Below, in pieces: positions 37,733 to 46,860 of a DNA stretch of 64,000 nucleotides. The notes under the pieces are model-generated. The model had not been told where the DNA came from. It searched no databases and worked only from the letters and a program-made list of their open reading frames with translations. The translations under genes were made by a program, and so were the position numbers. Positions within the stretch are counted from its first letter, which is position 1; every line of letters begins with the position of its first letter. This DNA is from a virus (taxonomy: Duplodnaviria; Caudoviricetes): positions 107,467 through 171,466 of the IMG/VR virus record IMGVR_UViG_3300029288_000081. One strand, 5' to 3'.

Positions 37733-38439
37733 TGAGCTACGCATCGACAGGATCGGGTCAGGCCGCAGTGCGCGTTGGCAGCGCTGCACAGAGCGATCTT
37801 GTGCTCGCGAACGCGTCGCTCATCGCGTCGAAGATCATGCTTGGGGCAGCAAAGAAGCCGGCACGCATCCGAGCTGCGTTCATCGCGAACAAGCTCGACG
37901 CGATGCGCCCGGGGCTCGCTCGCGAGGTGGCCACCTCGCGTCGCCGCCTCGTCGCACAAGGCAAGGCTCCCGACCAGGCCGCGTTCGACGCGATGCGGCT
38001 CGCTATCGCGAACATGAACATGGCAGCGGGGATCGACTCCCTTCGCGTGTCGGCGGCCAAGGAGCACGGCGCAGAGGCCTTCAGCGGTCTCGGGCAGATG
38101 GCACCGAACGACCGCGCGACAGCGTGTACGGTGTCGGCCGGCGCCCAGGTGGTCGGCGGGATCGCAAGCATCGTCCCGGTCTACGGGACGATCATCGGTG
38201 GCATCATCAGTATCGGGTCCTCGATCGCTGGCGGAGCACTCGACTGCACGCGTGAACAGCGAGAAGCTGCGGCTGCGGCTGCGCAGGCTCAGGGGAATCT
38301 CGTTGCAGCGCAACAGGCAGCGGCAGCGCAGGCGGCGGCGCAGGCGGAAGCAACGAGCGGATCGCGAAGGCGCGTGTACATCATCGGAGGCGGCGCACTC
38401 GTCGTCGCTCTCGGAATCGGGTATCTCCTGCTGAGCTGA
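37732..38439 (+). CDS. Virion membrane protein, paralog B
   Basis: MSYA...ASLIAS...DQAAFDAMR...FSGLGQ with a C-terminal TM. Confidence 0.75.
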   Translation: MSYASTGSGQAAVRVGSAAQSDLVLANASLIASKIMLGAAKKPARIRAAFIANKLDAMRPGLAREVATSRRRLVAQGKAPDQAAFDAMRLAIANMNMAAGIDSLRVSAAKEHGAEAFSGLGQMAPNDRATACTVSAGAQVVGGIASIVPVYGTIIGGIISIGSSIAGGALDCTREQREAAAAAAQAQGNLVAAQQAAAAQAAAQAEATSGSRRRVYIIGGGALVVALGIGYLLLS

Positions 38440-38487
38440 ACGAGTGGATTTCTCACGGAACTGGCTGGGCGCCGAACGGAGTAGAGG

Positions 38488-39939
38488 ATGAGCAACGACT
38501 ACGGACTCGATGACGACGATGGAGATCTCTCCATTCCGACGATGCGCGGCAGCGCCAATCTCGATCCGCAGGACTACGCACGTGGCCCGAGCGGAAGAGG
38601 CTCGTCTTTCCTCGACGACGACCTGGAGGAGGACACGCTGTCTACCCCAGGGCGCAACCCGGGCGCCGCGTCGGCTCCGGACATCGACGGCGAGAGCGAC
38701 TGGGTGATCCAGGAGGAAGAGAACGGCCCTGGAACCGCAGCGACAACCTACGGAAGTCACCCATGGGGCCCCGGCAGCGCCGTGGGCTACCGACCGCAGT
38801 CCATGCAGCGCACGGACATGACCCTTCGCGACTCGCAGCTTCGCGACGGAATGGGCGACGTGGAGACAGGCCGAACCCCGAAGCCGACGAAGCGAGACAG
38901 CATGCACAACGAGCCCGAGGTCCTGGAAACTGATGACAGCGTCGTGGTGCCGAAGGCCCACTGGCACGGCAACAGGAACCAGCGCCCGTCGAACGCAGGC
39001 ATCAACGAGGACACGATCTACGATCGCGAGAGCTACGAGTACGACGACTCGTCGCAGGACACGATCGGCAGCGGCATCTTCGGCATGGAAGAGGGCGTCA
39101 CCTGGCGCCCCCGCGACGGCTCCTTCGCTCACCAGTTCGCGCTCCCCGCGTACATCGGTGACGAGGACGAGCTGGGAGTCCAGCAGAGCGAGATGTTCGA
39201 CACGACCGCGAACGAGTGGCGCGTCGTGCAGCCGTCGGCAGGAGGCGTGTCGCTCAAGACTCGCGTCGCCGACTACAAGCCTGGCTTCTCGCCCTTCGTA
39301 CGCCGACCCGTCCCGGAGATGCGCCCCGAGGTGACCGGTCCGCGCAGCCACATCGAGGCGTTCGGTCGCAAGGCCGCCAGCCTCATCGTGGCGGAGGCCA
39401 GGGTTCAGCCCCAGGCGACGCGCTCGCAGTTCGTCGCGAACGCGATCGAAGCTCTCGGGCCCGGCATGGCTGCCCGCGCGGGCGCGACCGCCAAGAAGCT
39501 CGTGGACCTCGGCCACAAGCCCGAGACGGCCCTGGAGGACGCGATCGCTCACGCGGTCATGCACGCTGCGGTCGGCGACCTGAAGAGCGCGAGCCGCACG
39601 TCGGGCAAGCTCGGCAACCTGGACCGCCTCGCCTCGCGCGTGAACCGCACGAAGCCGCAGATGCAGGCTGCGGCGGCCAGGCACATCGGCCCGCTCACGC
39701 AGGACACCCAGAAGCTCAAGAACGACCTCGGCGCTCTCTACGCTTCCCCGGCGGCCCTGGGCATGGGTCAGGTCGCCCAGGGCAGCGAGCCCAGCACGAC
39801 GACGGCCGCGTCGCTGCTGACGCCGAAGAACCTGCTCATCGGCGCGGTCATCGGCATCGGCGGCTACTACGCCTGGCAGAACCGCAAGACGATCACCCGC
39901 AACGCCAAGCGCCTTGCGAGGAAGGCAGGGCTGCGATGA
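38488..39939 (+). CDS. Virion membrane protein with acidic disordered N-terminus, paralog C domain and C-terminal TM
   Basis: AASLIVAE...ALGPGMA...ALGMGQ, TM, then ITRNAKR. Confidence 0.78.
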   Translation: MSNDYGLDDDDGDLSIPTMRGSANLDPQDYARGPSGRGSSFLDDDLEEDTLSTPGRNPGAASAPDIDGESDWVIQEEENGPGTAATTYGSHPWGPGSAVGYRPQSMQRTDMTLRDSQLRDGMGDVETGRTPKPTKRDSMHNEPEVLETDDSVVVPKAHWHGNRNQRPSNAGINEDTIYDRESYEYDDSSQDTIGSGIFGMEEGVTWRPRDGSFAHQFALPAYIGDEDELGVQQSEMFDTTANEWRVVQPSAGGVSLKTRVADYKPGFSPFVRRPVPEMRPEVTGPRSHIEAFGRKAASLIVAEARVQPQATRSQFVANAIEALGPGMAARAGATAKKLVDLGHKPETALEDAIAHAVMHAAVGDLKSASRTSGKLGNLDRLASRVNRTKPQMQAAAARHIGPLTQDTQKLKNDLGALYASPAALGMGQVAQGSEPSTTTAASLLTPKNLLIGAVIGIGGYYAWQNRKTITRNAKRLARKAGLR

Positions 39940-40232
39940 GTGGACGCAACGCGCAGGACTTCGTCACTCCCGAGGCACGCTACGCCGAGCACGAGCAGGA
40001 GATGTCCGGCGTGCCACGGGGCGGCGGCGGCGGTGTGGCCATGTACCCGCTCTACGGGCTCGGGCAGGCGTCGGCAGCGGTCGATCCCAACGCCTGGTAC
40101 CGGCGCCCGATGTTCGTGCTGCCCTTCGGCGTCGCCCTCGGAGTCGGCATCGGATGGGGCATCTGGGGCTGGTTCATGCCGCGCATCAAGAAGAGCGTGC
40201 GCAAGAACATCCAGCGCGGCCAGGAGGACTGA
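39936..40232 (+). CDS. Small virion membrane protein
   Basis: LYGLGQ, TM, then VRKN. Confidence 0.7.
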   Translation: MSGRNAQDFVTPEARYAEHEQEMSGVPRGGGGGVAMYPLYGLGQASAAVDPNAWYRRPMFVLPFGVALGVGIGWGIWGWFMPRIKKSVRKNIQRGQED

Positions 40233-40234
40233 CC

Positions 40235-40579
40235 GTGAGCTACAAGGTCAACAGAGACGTCGGCTACCAGCCCTGGGGCGTCACGAACCCGTGGGTCTTC
40301 GCTGACTACGGTCAGCCGCAGCGCCAGCGCGGTCAGGTCTCGCCGCTCGTCTACACGACGCAGCCGCCCTACCTGCGCTCGGCACACCTCAATCCGCCTC
40401 ACCCGTACTTCCCCTCGTCGCACCTCGGACAGACCTCCGAGGCTGATGCGCGCGGGGCGAGGATGGAAAGGTACGCCCTGGCCGGCGTGGTCTTCGGAGC
40501 GATCTCGCTCTTCATCACCTGGCAGGCCAGCCGCAAGAAGATGGCCGCGAACCGCAAACGCTCGCGCCGCAGCCGCTGA
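40235..40579 (+). CDS. Small virion membrane protein
   Basis: (M)SYKV...HLGQ, TM, then MAANRKRSRRSR. Confidence 0.7.
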   Translation: MSYKVNRDVGYQPWGVTNPWVFADYGQPQRQRGQVSPLVYTTQPPYLRSAHLNPPHPYFPSSHLGQTSEADARGARMERYALAGVVFGAISLFITWQASRKKMAANRKRSRRSR

Positions 40580-40594
40580 GAGGAACAACCACCC

Positions 40595-41410
40595 ATGAGC
40601 TACTACGAAGAAGGCATGATGGGGCTCGGCGACCTGCCGGCCGGCGCAACGATCCCCTCCGGGGCTCAGTACGCGCTCGGCTTCCAGGTCACCGGCCTGA
40701 CGCCCACGACGTCGCCCCAGGCGGTCTCGGCGCTGCGGGCAGTGGTCGGCACGGCGTTCCGCGGGAACCTCGTGGCGGCCGGCTGGGGGCCCGCGTACGG
40801 GGTCCCTTCTGGCCGACTCTACGCGGTGCTCCAGACGGCACGCGGCCTGACCGGCGCCGACATGAACACCGTGGCGCACATGATCACCGGTGCCCTGCCT
40901 TCTCGCCTGCCTGGAACGACGGTGACCAACACCAACTTCCACCTGGTCGGCGGCTCAGGCGGAGGCGCTGCGGAGACGGCAGCGGCCAGCATCACCGGTG
41001 CCATCGACCCCGTCACCGGACTCCTCACCGCCCTCACGTCAGGCACTCCCGCTACCTACCCTGGGGCCGACGCTGGCTACCCCATCGCCACAGAGCCCGC
41101 CGAGAACTTCTTCACCCAGAGCGTGGGCGGCGTGCCGGTGTGGGGCCTGCTCGCGGGCGGCGTGGTGGCGATCGGCGCCATTGCGTACGTCTTCATGGGC
41201 AAGCCCAAGACAGCGGCGACGGTGACGGCGAACCGCAAGAGCAAGCGCGGGAAGAAGCAGCATCGCTGGCGCAATCGCCAGGGACAGTGGCACGTCGGCG
41301 GCGGGTACGGCCGCGAACGCGGTCAGGGACGAGGCGGCCGTGATCGGGTCCGTCGGTCGTCGTCGGATGGGCCGTCATGGCTGAACACGAACGGTCGGAG
41401 GACACGATGA
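40595..41410 (+). CDS. Virion membrane protein
   Basis: MSYYEEGMMGLGD, TM, then VTANRKSKR...NGRRTR. Confidence 0.75.
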   Translation: MSYYEEGMMGLGDLPAGATIPSGAQYALGFQVTGLTPTTSPQAVSALRAVVGTAFRGNLVAAGWGPAYGVPSGRLYAVLQTARGLTGADMNTVAHMITGALPSRLPGTTVTNTNFHLVGGSGGGAAETAAASITGAIDPVTGLLTALTSGTPATYPGADAGYPIATEPAENFFTQSVGGVPVWGLLAGGVVAIGAIAYVFMGKPKTAATVTANRKSKRGKKQHRWRNRQGQWHVGGGYGRERGQGRGGRDRVRRSSSDGPSWLNTNGRRTR

Positions 41411-42618
41411 GCTACGCAGGACTCGGACAGATTCTCGCCAACATCGGCGCTCGCATGACAGGCGCCGTCGTGTCGCCGACCCCCAGCCGCGTGGTTGTGG
41501 CACCCTCTCGCCCCAGCAGCCCCATCGTCGTGACGCTGCCCCCGCGACCGAGCGGCGGTGCCGTGGTGGTGACCAGGGCTCCGGCAGCAGACGCGCTCAC
41601 AGCAGCAGCGATCGCCAAGGCCAACGTCGACCGCGCGTTCCGCGCGTATGCGGCGACCAGCTACAACGATCCTCTCGCACGCAACAACCGTAGGCAGGCC
41701 CTGCTCGCAGCGGGTCGCGAGATGGTCAGGAAGTTCATGGCGGTGAGGCCCGCCACGGAGACCGAGCGTCTGCGACTGCGGGCCCTGGAAGCGACCGCAC
41801 TCGCGAGTTCGCAGACGCGGCAGCGGTGCTTCAGCACCGGCAGCAACGGCTGCGGGCGCTTCGCCGCGAACGAGCCGCCCGGTCCGGTCAAGGTGAACGA
41901 CGAGTTCGTGGCCGTGACGCGTCCGCTGGACAACCTCCTGCGGCTCAACGTCACGCCCATGGCCATGCCGGTTCCCCGGGTGCCGCCGATCGTCATCGCC
42001 GGTCGTCTGATCCAGACCGTCTCTCCGCGCGCGGCGCAGCTCGTGGTGGACTCGGCCAAGGCCGGAACGGCAACGGCGGCTGCCAAGCTGGAAGCTGACG
42101 TGAAGGTCTCCCAGGAGGTCACCAAGCCCGAGACGAAGGTCGCCGCGGACAAGGTCGTCGTGGCCCAGGCGGGCGCGGACGCGGCAGCCAAGGCAGCGGA
42201 AGACCTCGCCATGAAGGCCAAGATGGCCGCCGAGGAGGCCGACAAGGTCGCCCAGGCTGCCAAGGAGGCAGGGACCATCGCCGCCGCTCAGGCGGCAGCC
42301 ACGGCAGCCCAGGCGGCAGAGCAGGCCAAGGTGGTGGCAGAGCAGGCCACAGTGGCCGCTGCCGAGGTCGCCACGGTCGCGGACGAGGCACGGAGCGAGC
42401 TGGAGACGGTCGCTGCGGAGACCAACGACGTGCCCGCTCAGGAGGCGACGACCGAGGCGACCATGACGGTCGCAACGACCGGCCTCGGACCGCTCGGCGT
42501 GTCGTGGAAGATCTGGGGCCTCGGCGCCGCAGCGCTCGTCGGCGGCTACTTCCTCCTCAACAGCCGAGCCATGGCGAAGAACCGCCGTCGCGTTCGTCGG
42601 AACCGGAGGCACCGGTGA
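41407..42618 (+). CDS. Virion membrane protein with Ala-rich coiled coil
   Basis: MSYAGLGQ, TM, then MAKNRRRVRRNRRHR. Confidence 0.75.
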   Translation: MSYAGLGQILANIGARMTGAVVSPTPSRVVVAPSRPSSPIVVTLPPRPSGGAVVVTRAPAADALTAAAIAKANVDRAFRAYAATSYNDPLARNNRRQALLAAGREMVRKFMAVRPATETERLRLRALEATALASSQTRQRCFSTGSNGCGRFAANEPPGPVKVNDEFVAVTRPLDNLLRLNVTPMAMPVPRVPPIVIAGRLIQTVSPRAAQLVVDSAKAGTATAAAKLEADVKVSQEVTKPETKVAADKVVVAQAGADAAAKAAEDLAMKAKMAAEEADKVAQAAKEAGTIAAAQAAATAAQAAEQAKVVAEQATVAAAEVATVADEARSELETVAAETNDVPAQEATTEATMTVATTGLGPLGVSWKIWGLGAAALVGGYFLLNSRAMAKNRRRVRRNRRHR

Positions 42619-42923
42619 GCCTCTTCGGCACCCACCTCTTCGCGAGCGACGCTCTCGGTCAGGTCACCCTGCCCGAGCCCGCGAGCGACGCTCTCATGAG
42701 CGAGCTGCGGGTCACCGGCGGCCGCTCGCGCACGGTCGAGCCCTCCAGCACACCGGACGTGCCCAAGGAGACGGGCGACAAGATGCTCTCCGGCGGAGGA
42801 CTGCCGACCTGGGCACCCTACGCGATGGTCGGCGGCGGCATCATCTTCGCTGGGCTGATGATCTGGTCCTCGATGCGGCGCCCGACCCCCAACCGTCGTC
42901 GCCGCCACAGGAGATCCCGATGA
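42615..42923 (+). CDS. Small virion membrane protein
   Basis: DALGQ, TM, then PTPNRRRRHRRSR. Confidence 0.7.
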   Translation: MSLFGTHLFASDALGQVTLPEPASDALMSELRVTGGRSRTVEPSSTPDVPKETGDKMLSGGGLPTWAPYAMVGGGIIFAGLMIWSSMRRPTPNRRRRHRRSR

Positions 42924-43492
42924 GCTACTTCGAGACACTTCCCGGCATGGGACGCCCCAGCTACAGCGACGGCATGGGCGCTGTCTTCCCCACGAGGGAA
43001 GAGAGCCCCGACATGCGGGCTCTTCAGCAGGGCCTCCAGCGCATGAACCTGCTCCCGGTCGACGGAGCCACCGGCCGCTGGACCATCGCCACGGCAGCCG
43101 CGCTCGCAAAGGCCAACAAGAACCTCGGTCGCACCGCAGCACCGCGCACCGGGTTCACCACCACCAACCGCGGCGCGAACGTCGATGTCCCGGACGATCT
43201 CGTCGCGGCCATCCTGAACACGCCCGCTGCGCCTCCTGCGGCACCTCCCCCCGGTCCCGATCCGGCCGCCACGCCGCCCCCGGGCATGATGCTCATCGCG
43301 CCGACCGCGCCGCCCCCCTCGCTTCTGCCTCCCGCCATCGAGGAGCCGTCTCGCACGAAGCTCTACGTCGCGGCAGGCCTCGCGGTGGTGGTGGTCGGTG
43401 GGATCGCCGCCTACGCGCTCTGGCCGAAGAAGAAGAGCACGCCGAACAGGCGCCGTGTGCGTCGCAACCGGCGTCGGCGCTCGCGTCGCTGA
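42920..43492 (+). CDS. Membrane protein with peptidoglycan-binding-like domain
   Basis: MRALQQGLQRMNLLPVDGATGRWTIATAAAL, Pro-rich linker, TM, then TPNRRRVRRN. Confidence 0.65.
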   Translation: MSYFETLPGMGRPSYSDGMGAVFPTREESPDMRALQQGLQRMNLLPVDGATGRWTIATAAALAKANKNLGRTAAPRTGFTTTNRGANVDVPDDLVAAILNTPAAPPAAPPPGPDPAATPPPGMMLIAPTAPPPSLLPPAIEEPSRTKLYVAAGLAVVVVGGIAAYALWPKKKSTPNRRRVRRNRRRRSRR

Positions 43493-43552
43493 ACTTTCAC
43501 GGGGCCGTGGGTGGACCCCGTCGTTTCCGAACAACCAAGAGGGCTGGGCAAG

Positions 43553-44245
43553 ATGAACGAGCATGATTTCGTGACCGACGACGAGACCGACGAGATGTTC
43601 AACGGAGATCAGCAGGAAGCTCCTGCTGTGGCGATGCAGTCGCAGCATCAGCCGGTCAGCAACATGGGTGGCCTGCCGGTGTACCCGCTCTCGCTCGCAC
43701 AGGCGCCCTCTGCGCCGGCAGAGGACAACATCCTGACCCGCAAGTTCGGGCCGCTGCCCGTGTGGGGCTGGGCGCTGACGGCGCTCGGCACCGGCATCGG
43801 CGGCTACCTCTGGTGGCAGTCGACGCAGAAGAAGGTCTCCAAGAACGAGAGCGATGACGGAGACCGCGAGACAGCAAGGGCCGCTCTGCCCGAGGACACG
43901 GGCAGTGAGCGCGGAACGTGGGGGCCGAGCCGAGGTGGCTTCTGTGAGCAGCTCAACAAGCACTTCATGCGCAAGGGCATGTCGGACAAGGTCAAGATCT
44001 TCGACGATGCCGACGAGGCGAAGGCCAGCGGAAAGCTCAAGCAGGTCTCGCCGCTCATCAACATCAAGTGCGAGTCGTCCTACAAGCCCGACAAGGACCT
44101 GATCAAGATCTGCAAGCGCGAGGGCCTCAACCCGATCGTCCACGAAGACGGCGCGATCGGTCTCTACCCCGCGTCCTCGGGCAAGCGTGCCCAGGAGTGG
44201 GAGAAGTACATCGACCTGCTGCGCGATGACGGGCAGAAGGTCTGA
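43553..44245 (+). CDS. Membrane protein with globular C-domain
   Basis: TM WGWALTALGTGIGGYLWW followed by VSKN. Confidence 0.7.
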   Translation: MNEHDFVTDDETDEMFNGDQQEAPAVAMQSQHQPVSNMGGLPVYPLSLAQAPSAPAEDNILTRKFGPLPVWGWALTALGTGIGGYLWWQSTQKKVSKNESDDGDRETARAALPEDTGSERGTWGPSRGGFCEQLNKHFMRKGMSDKVKIFDDADEAKASGKLKQVSPLINIKCESSYKPDKDLIKICKREGLNPIVHEDGAIGLYPASSGKRAQEWEKYIDLLRDDGQKV

Positions 44246-44285
44246 CGGGATCGGCTGAGGTATCCTCGGCCACCAGGAGAACGCG

Positions 44286-45026
44286 ATGAGCTACGCAGGA
44301 CTCGGACAGGACTTGGTGCCCACTGCAACCGTGGGACGCAGCACGTACCGTCGGCAGACGGGCGACTACGTCCGAGTCCCTGCGACGTGGGCTCAGCGCG
44401 CCGCGAACGCCGGCAACCGCTACAACAGCGGGTCGGCTCCGCTCATCGCGGTGGACGGCAAGGCCGGACCGGTCACGATCGCCGCTCTTCGGACCCTCTC
44501 GCAGCAGTTCTCCTCGGGCCTGCCGGTGACCAACGACCCGGTGGCGAGCCGCGTCACCGACAACGTGGTCATGCCGGTCGCGCTGGAGAACTCGCTCGCT
44601 GCGAAGCACATCGTCGCCGACCCCCGACCCTCGGCAGCGACGCGCCGCACGCCTGCGCCGACGAGCGGCGGCGGCACGACGACCACGGTGCCGATCCCCG
44701 GCGCCACGCCTGCCGCCACGCCTGCCGACGAGATCATCCTCGACGAAGGTTCCTCGTCGGGCATCCAGGGTCTCATCGCCCGCTACGGCATCTGGCCGTG
44801 GGCGGCTGGCGGCGCAGCGCTCGTCGCCCTCGGCATCTACTTCGTCGCGACCGGACCTGGGATGCGTCGGAACAGCAGCAAGCGCAGGGGCGGGTGGAAC
44901 TACCCATGCCCGGCGTGTGGCGAGCCCGAGCTGGGCAAGGCGGGACACGGGAGCGGCTGTGTGCTCGCGAAGAGGACCGCCGCGCTCTCGGTGCCCAAGC
45001 GCAAGAAGAGGAAGGCCGTCCGATGA
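44286..45026 (+). CDS. Membrane protein with peptidoglycan-binding-like motif
   Basis: MSYAGLGQ...IAVDGKAGPVTIAALR, TM, then MRRN...CPAC. Confidence 0.7.
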   Translation: MSYAGLGQDLVPTATVGRSTYRRQTGDYVRVPATWAQRAANAGNRYNSGSAPLIAVDGKAGPVTIAALRTLSQQFSSGLPVTNDPVASRVTDNVVMPVALENSLAAKHIVADPRPSAATRRTPAPTSGGGTTTTVPIPGATPAATPADEIILDEGSSSGIQGLIARYGIWPWAAGGAALVALGIYFVATGPGMRRNSSKRRGGWNYPCPACGEPELGKAGHGSGCVLAKRTAALSVPKRKKRKAVR

Positions 45027-45637
45027 GCTACTTCACCAGCACCGCCAAGCGCTCGCGCACGCACAGCCTTCACGGCATGGGCTGTGGCTGCGGGATGAAT
45101 GGCCTCGGGGACATGATCGCGCTTCCGGCAACACTGGCCACCCCCGGCGAGATGGTTGCAGCGATCGATCTGATCAACCGCAGCGTGACATCGCTGAACG
45201 CAGACGTGCAGGCGAACGCACAGCGCCTGCATGCCACGCAGGACGGCATCAGGTTCTTCTCGCAGTGGCAGATCTTCAAGGCCGAGTGGATCACGTTCTT
45301 CACGGACCACAACCGAGGAACCTCCTTCGCCACTCGCATCGGGCCGCTGGAGTACGGAAGCGGGCAGTTGGCCGCGCAGATTCGTGACAAGGCCACGGCC
45401 TACAACGCCATGGAACAGCGCTATCGCAACCTCGGCCTCGAACCGACGATCACGGCTGCGGTTCCGCTGGAGGAGAGGTTGTCCAACCTCGGGACCGGCG
45501 CGTTCATCACGGCGGGGCTGGGCATCGCAGCGGTGGTGGCCGTCGGGTACCTCCTGAGCAACTACGCCAAGATCAAGATGATGTCGCGGCTCGCGTTCAA
45601 CGGGCGCCGCAGTCGCCGAAGGAAGAGGAGTCGCTGA
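45023..45637 (+). CDS. Virion membrane protein
   Basis: MSYF...LHGMGCGCGMNGLGD, TM, then LAFNGRRSRRRKRSR. Confidence 0.75.
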   Translation: MSYFTSTAKRSRTHSLHGMGCGCGMNGLGDMIALPATLATPGEMVAAIDLINRSVTSLNADVQANAQRLHATQDGIRFFSQWQIFKAEWITFFTDHNRGTSFATRIGPLEYGSGQLAAQIRDKATAYNAMEQRYRNLGLEPTITAAVPLEERLSNLGTGAFITAGLGIAAVVAVGYLLSNYAKIKMMSRLAFNGRRSRRRKRSR

Positions 45638-45639
45638 TC

Positions 45640-46020
45640 ATGTCGTACATGCGAGGAATGGGAACCACAGCCACGGACGTCGCCGCCGTCACCACAGCGG
45701 TGGGCACTGCCGCGGCGCAGCTCATCGCGGCGGCGCGAGGCACACCGGCGACCACGCCGTACTCGACGGAGGGAGCGATCAACCCCGCCACGGGCCAGCC
45801 CTACGGGACGCTGCTCAATCCCGCCACGGGCATGCCCTACGGGGCGATCGACCCGGCCACCGGGCGCCCCTACGGCGAGCCGGCGCCGTCCTACACGCCG
45901 TACATCGTCGGCGGCCTCGTGCTCCTGGGCATCGGCGCCTTCTTCTTCACGCGGAAGCGGAGCGTGGCGAAGAACAGGCGTCGCGTGCGCCGGAACCGTC
46001 GCCGCTCGCGCAGGAGCTGA
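45640..46020 (+). CDS. Small virion membrane protein with 3x (N/D)PATGxPYG repeats
   Basis: MSYMRGMG, TM, then VAKNRRRVRRNRRRSRRS. Confidence 0.75.
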   Translation: MSYMRGMGTTATDVAAVTTAVGTAAAQLIAAARGTPATTPYSTEGAINPATGQPYGTLLNPATGMPYGAIDPATGRPYGEPAPSYTPYIVGGLVLLGIGAFFFTRKRSVAKNRRRVRRNRRRSRRS

Positions 46021-46023
46021 GCC

Positions 46024-46860
46024 ATGTCGTACGCCCTCTCGCAGGTCGACCCCACACCGCCGCCGACGAGGCCGATGAACTGGCCGATGATCCTCGGCTG
46101 GACCGCTGTCGTCGGCATGACGATCGCCGTCTTCAACGGCACCATCAACCTCCAGGGTGGACGCGTGAAGGCGAACAGGCGACACAGGTCGTCGCGCAGG
46201 AGGTCGTCGCGCAGGCGTAGCCTGCGGCGCAACCCCCGCTACCGGATGTGGTCGGGCCCGGTGTACGCGAAGGACCTCGCGAAGGCGATCCGTGACGCCG
46301 GAGCGCACGACGTCATCGCTGGCACCGAGCACGTCATCTTCCGTACGGATGACCTCGAAGCCCTCAAGGCGCGAGCCGGATCCGCGAAGCCATTCCTCGA
46401 TTTCCGTGGCGTGAAGATGATGATGGCCAACGCCAGCCGCCGCTCCTCGCACGCGCGACCGAAGCCGCCGAAGTTCAGCGAGATGGCCATCTGGCAGGCG
46501 ATCGCCGCGGTGCGCGAGTCGGGCCGCTCCTCCGAGATCGCCAGCATCCTGCCGCCCGGCGTCGCCGCGAAGTTCAAGCACCTCGCCCCCGGGCTCTACA
46601 AGTACGGACGTGGGCCCAAGAAGGGCGAGGTCATCGTCCAGTTCAAGAACGCAGGACTCAAGGGCGCTCTCACCTCCACGCGCATCGGCGCCTCGAAGGT
46701 CGGCGAGTACCACTGGGTCGTCGACAACTTCGACCCGAAGTTCCCCGTCGCCATCCGCGGCATCGACGATCACGGGCGCACGTTCTTCCGGATCGAAGAG
46801 CACGCACGGAAGTTCGAGCGTGTGCCGGTCCGCGTCTCGCGCAAGACCGCAGCGCGGTGA
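46024..46860 (+). CDS. TM-anchored multi-segment protein
   Basis: MSY, TM, VKAN-Arg tract, LRRNP, domain, MMAN, domain. Confidence 0.7.
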   Translation: MSYALSQVDPTPPPTRPMNWPMILGWTAVVGMTIAVFNGTINLQGGRVKANRRHRSSRRRSSRRRSLRRNPRYRMWSGPVYAKDLAKAIRDAGAHDVIAGTEHVIFRTDDLEALKARAGSAKPFLDFRGVKMMMANASRRSSHARPKPPKFSEMAIWQAIAAVRESGRSSEIASILPPGVAAKFKHLAPGLYKYGRGPKKGEVIVQFKNAGLKGALTSTRIGASKVGEYHWVVDNFDPKFPVAIRGIDDHGRTFFRIEEHARKFERVPVRVSRKTAAR

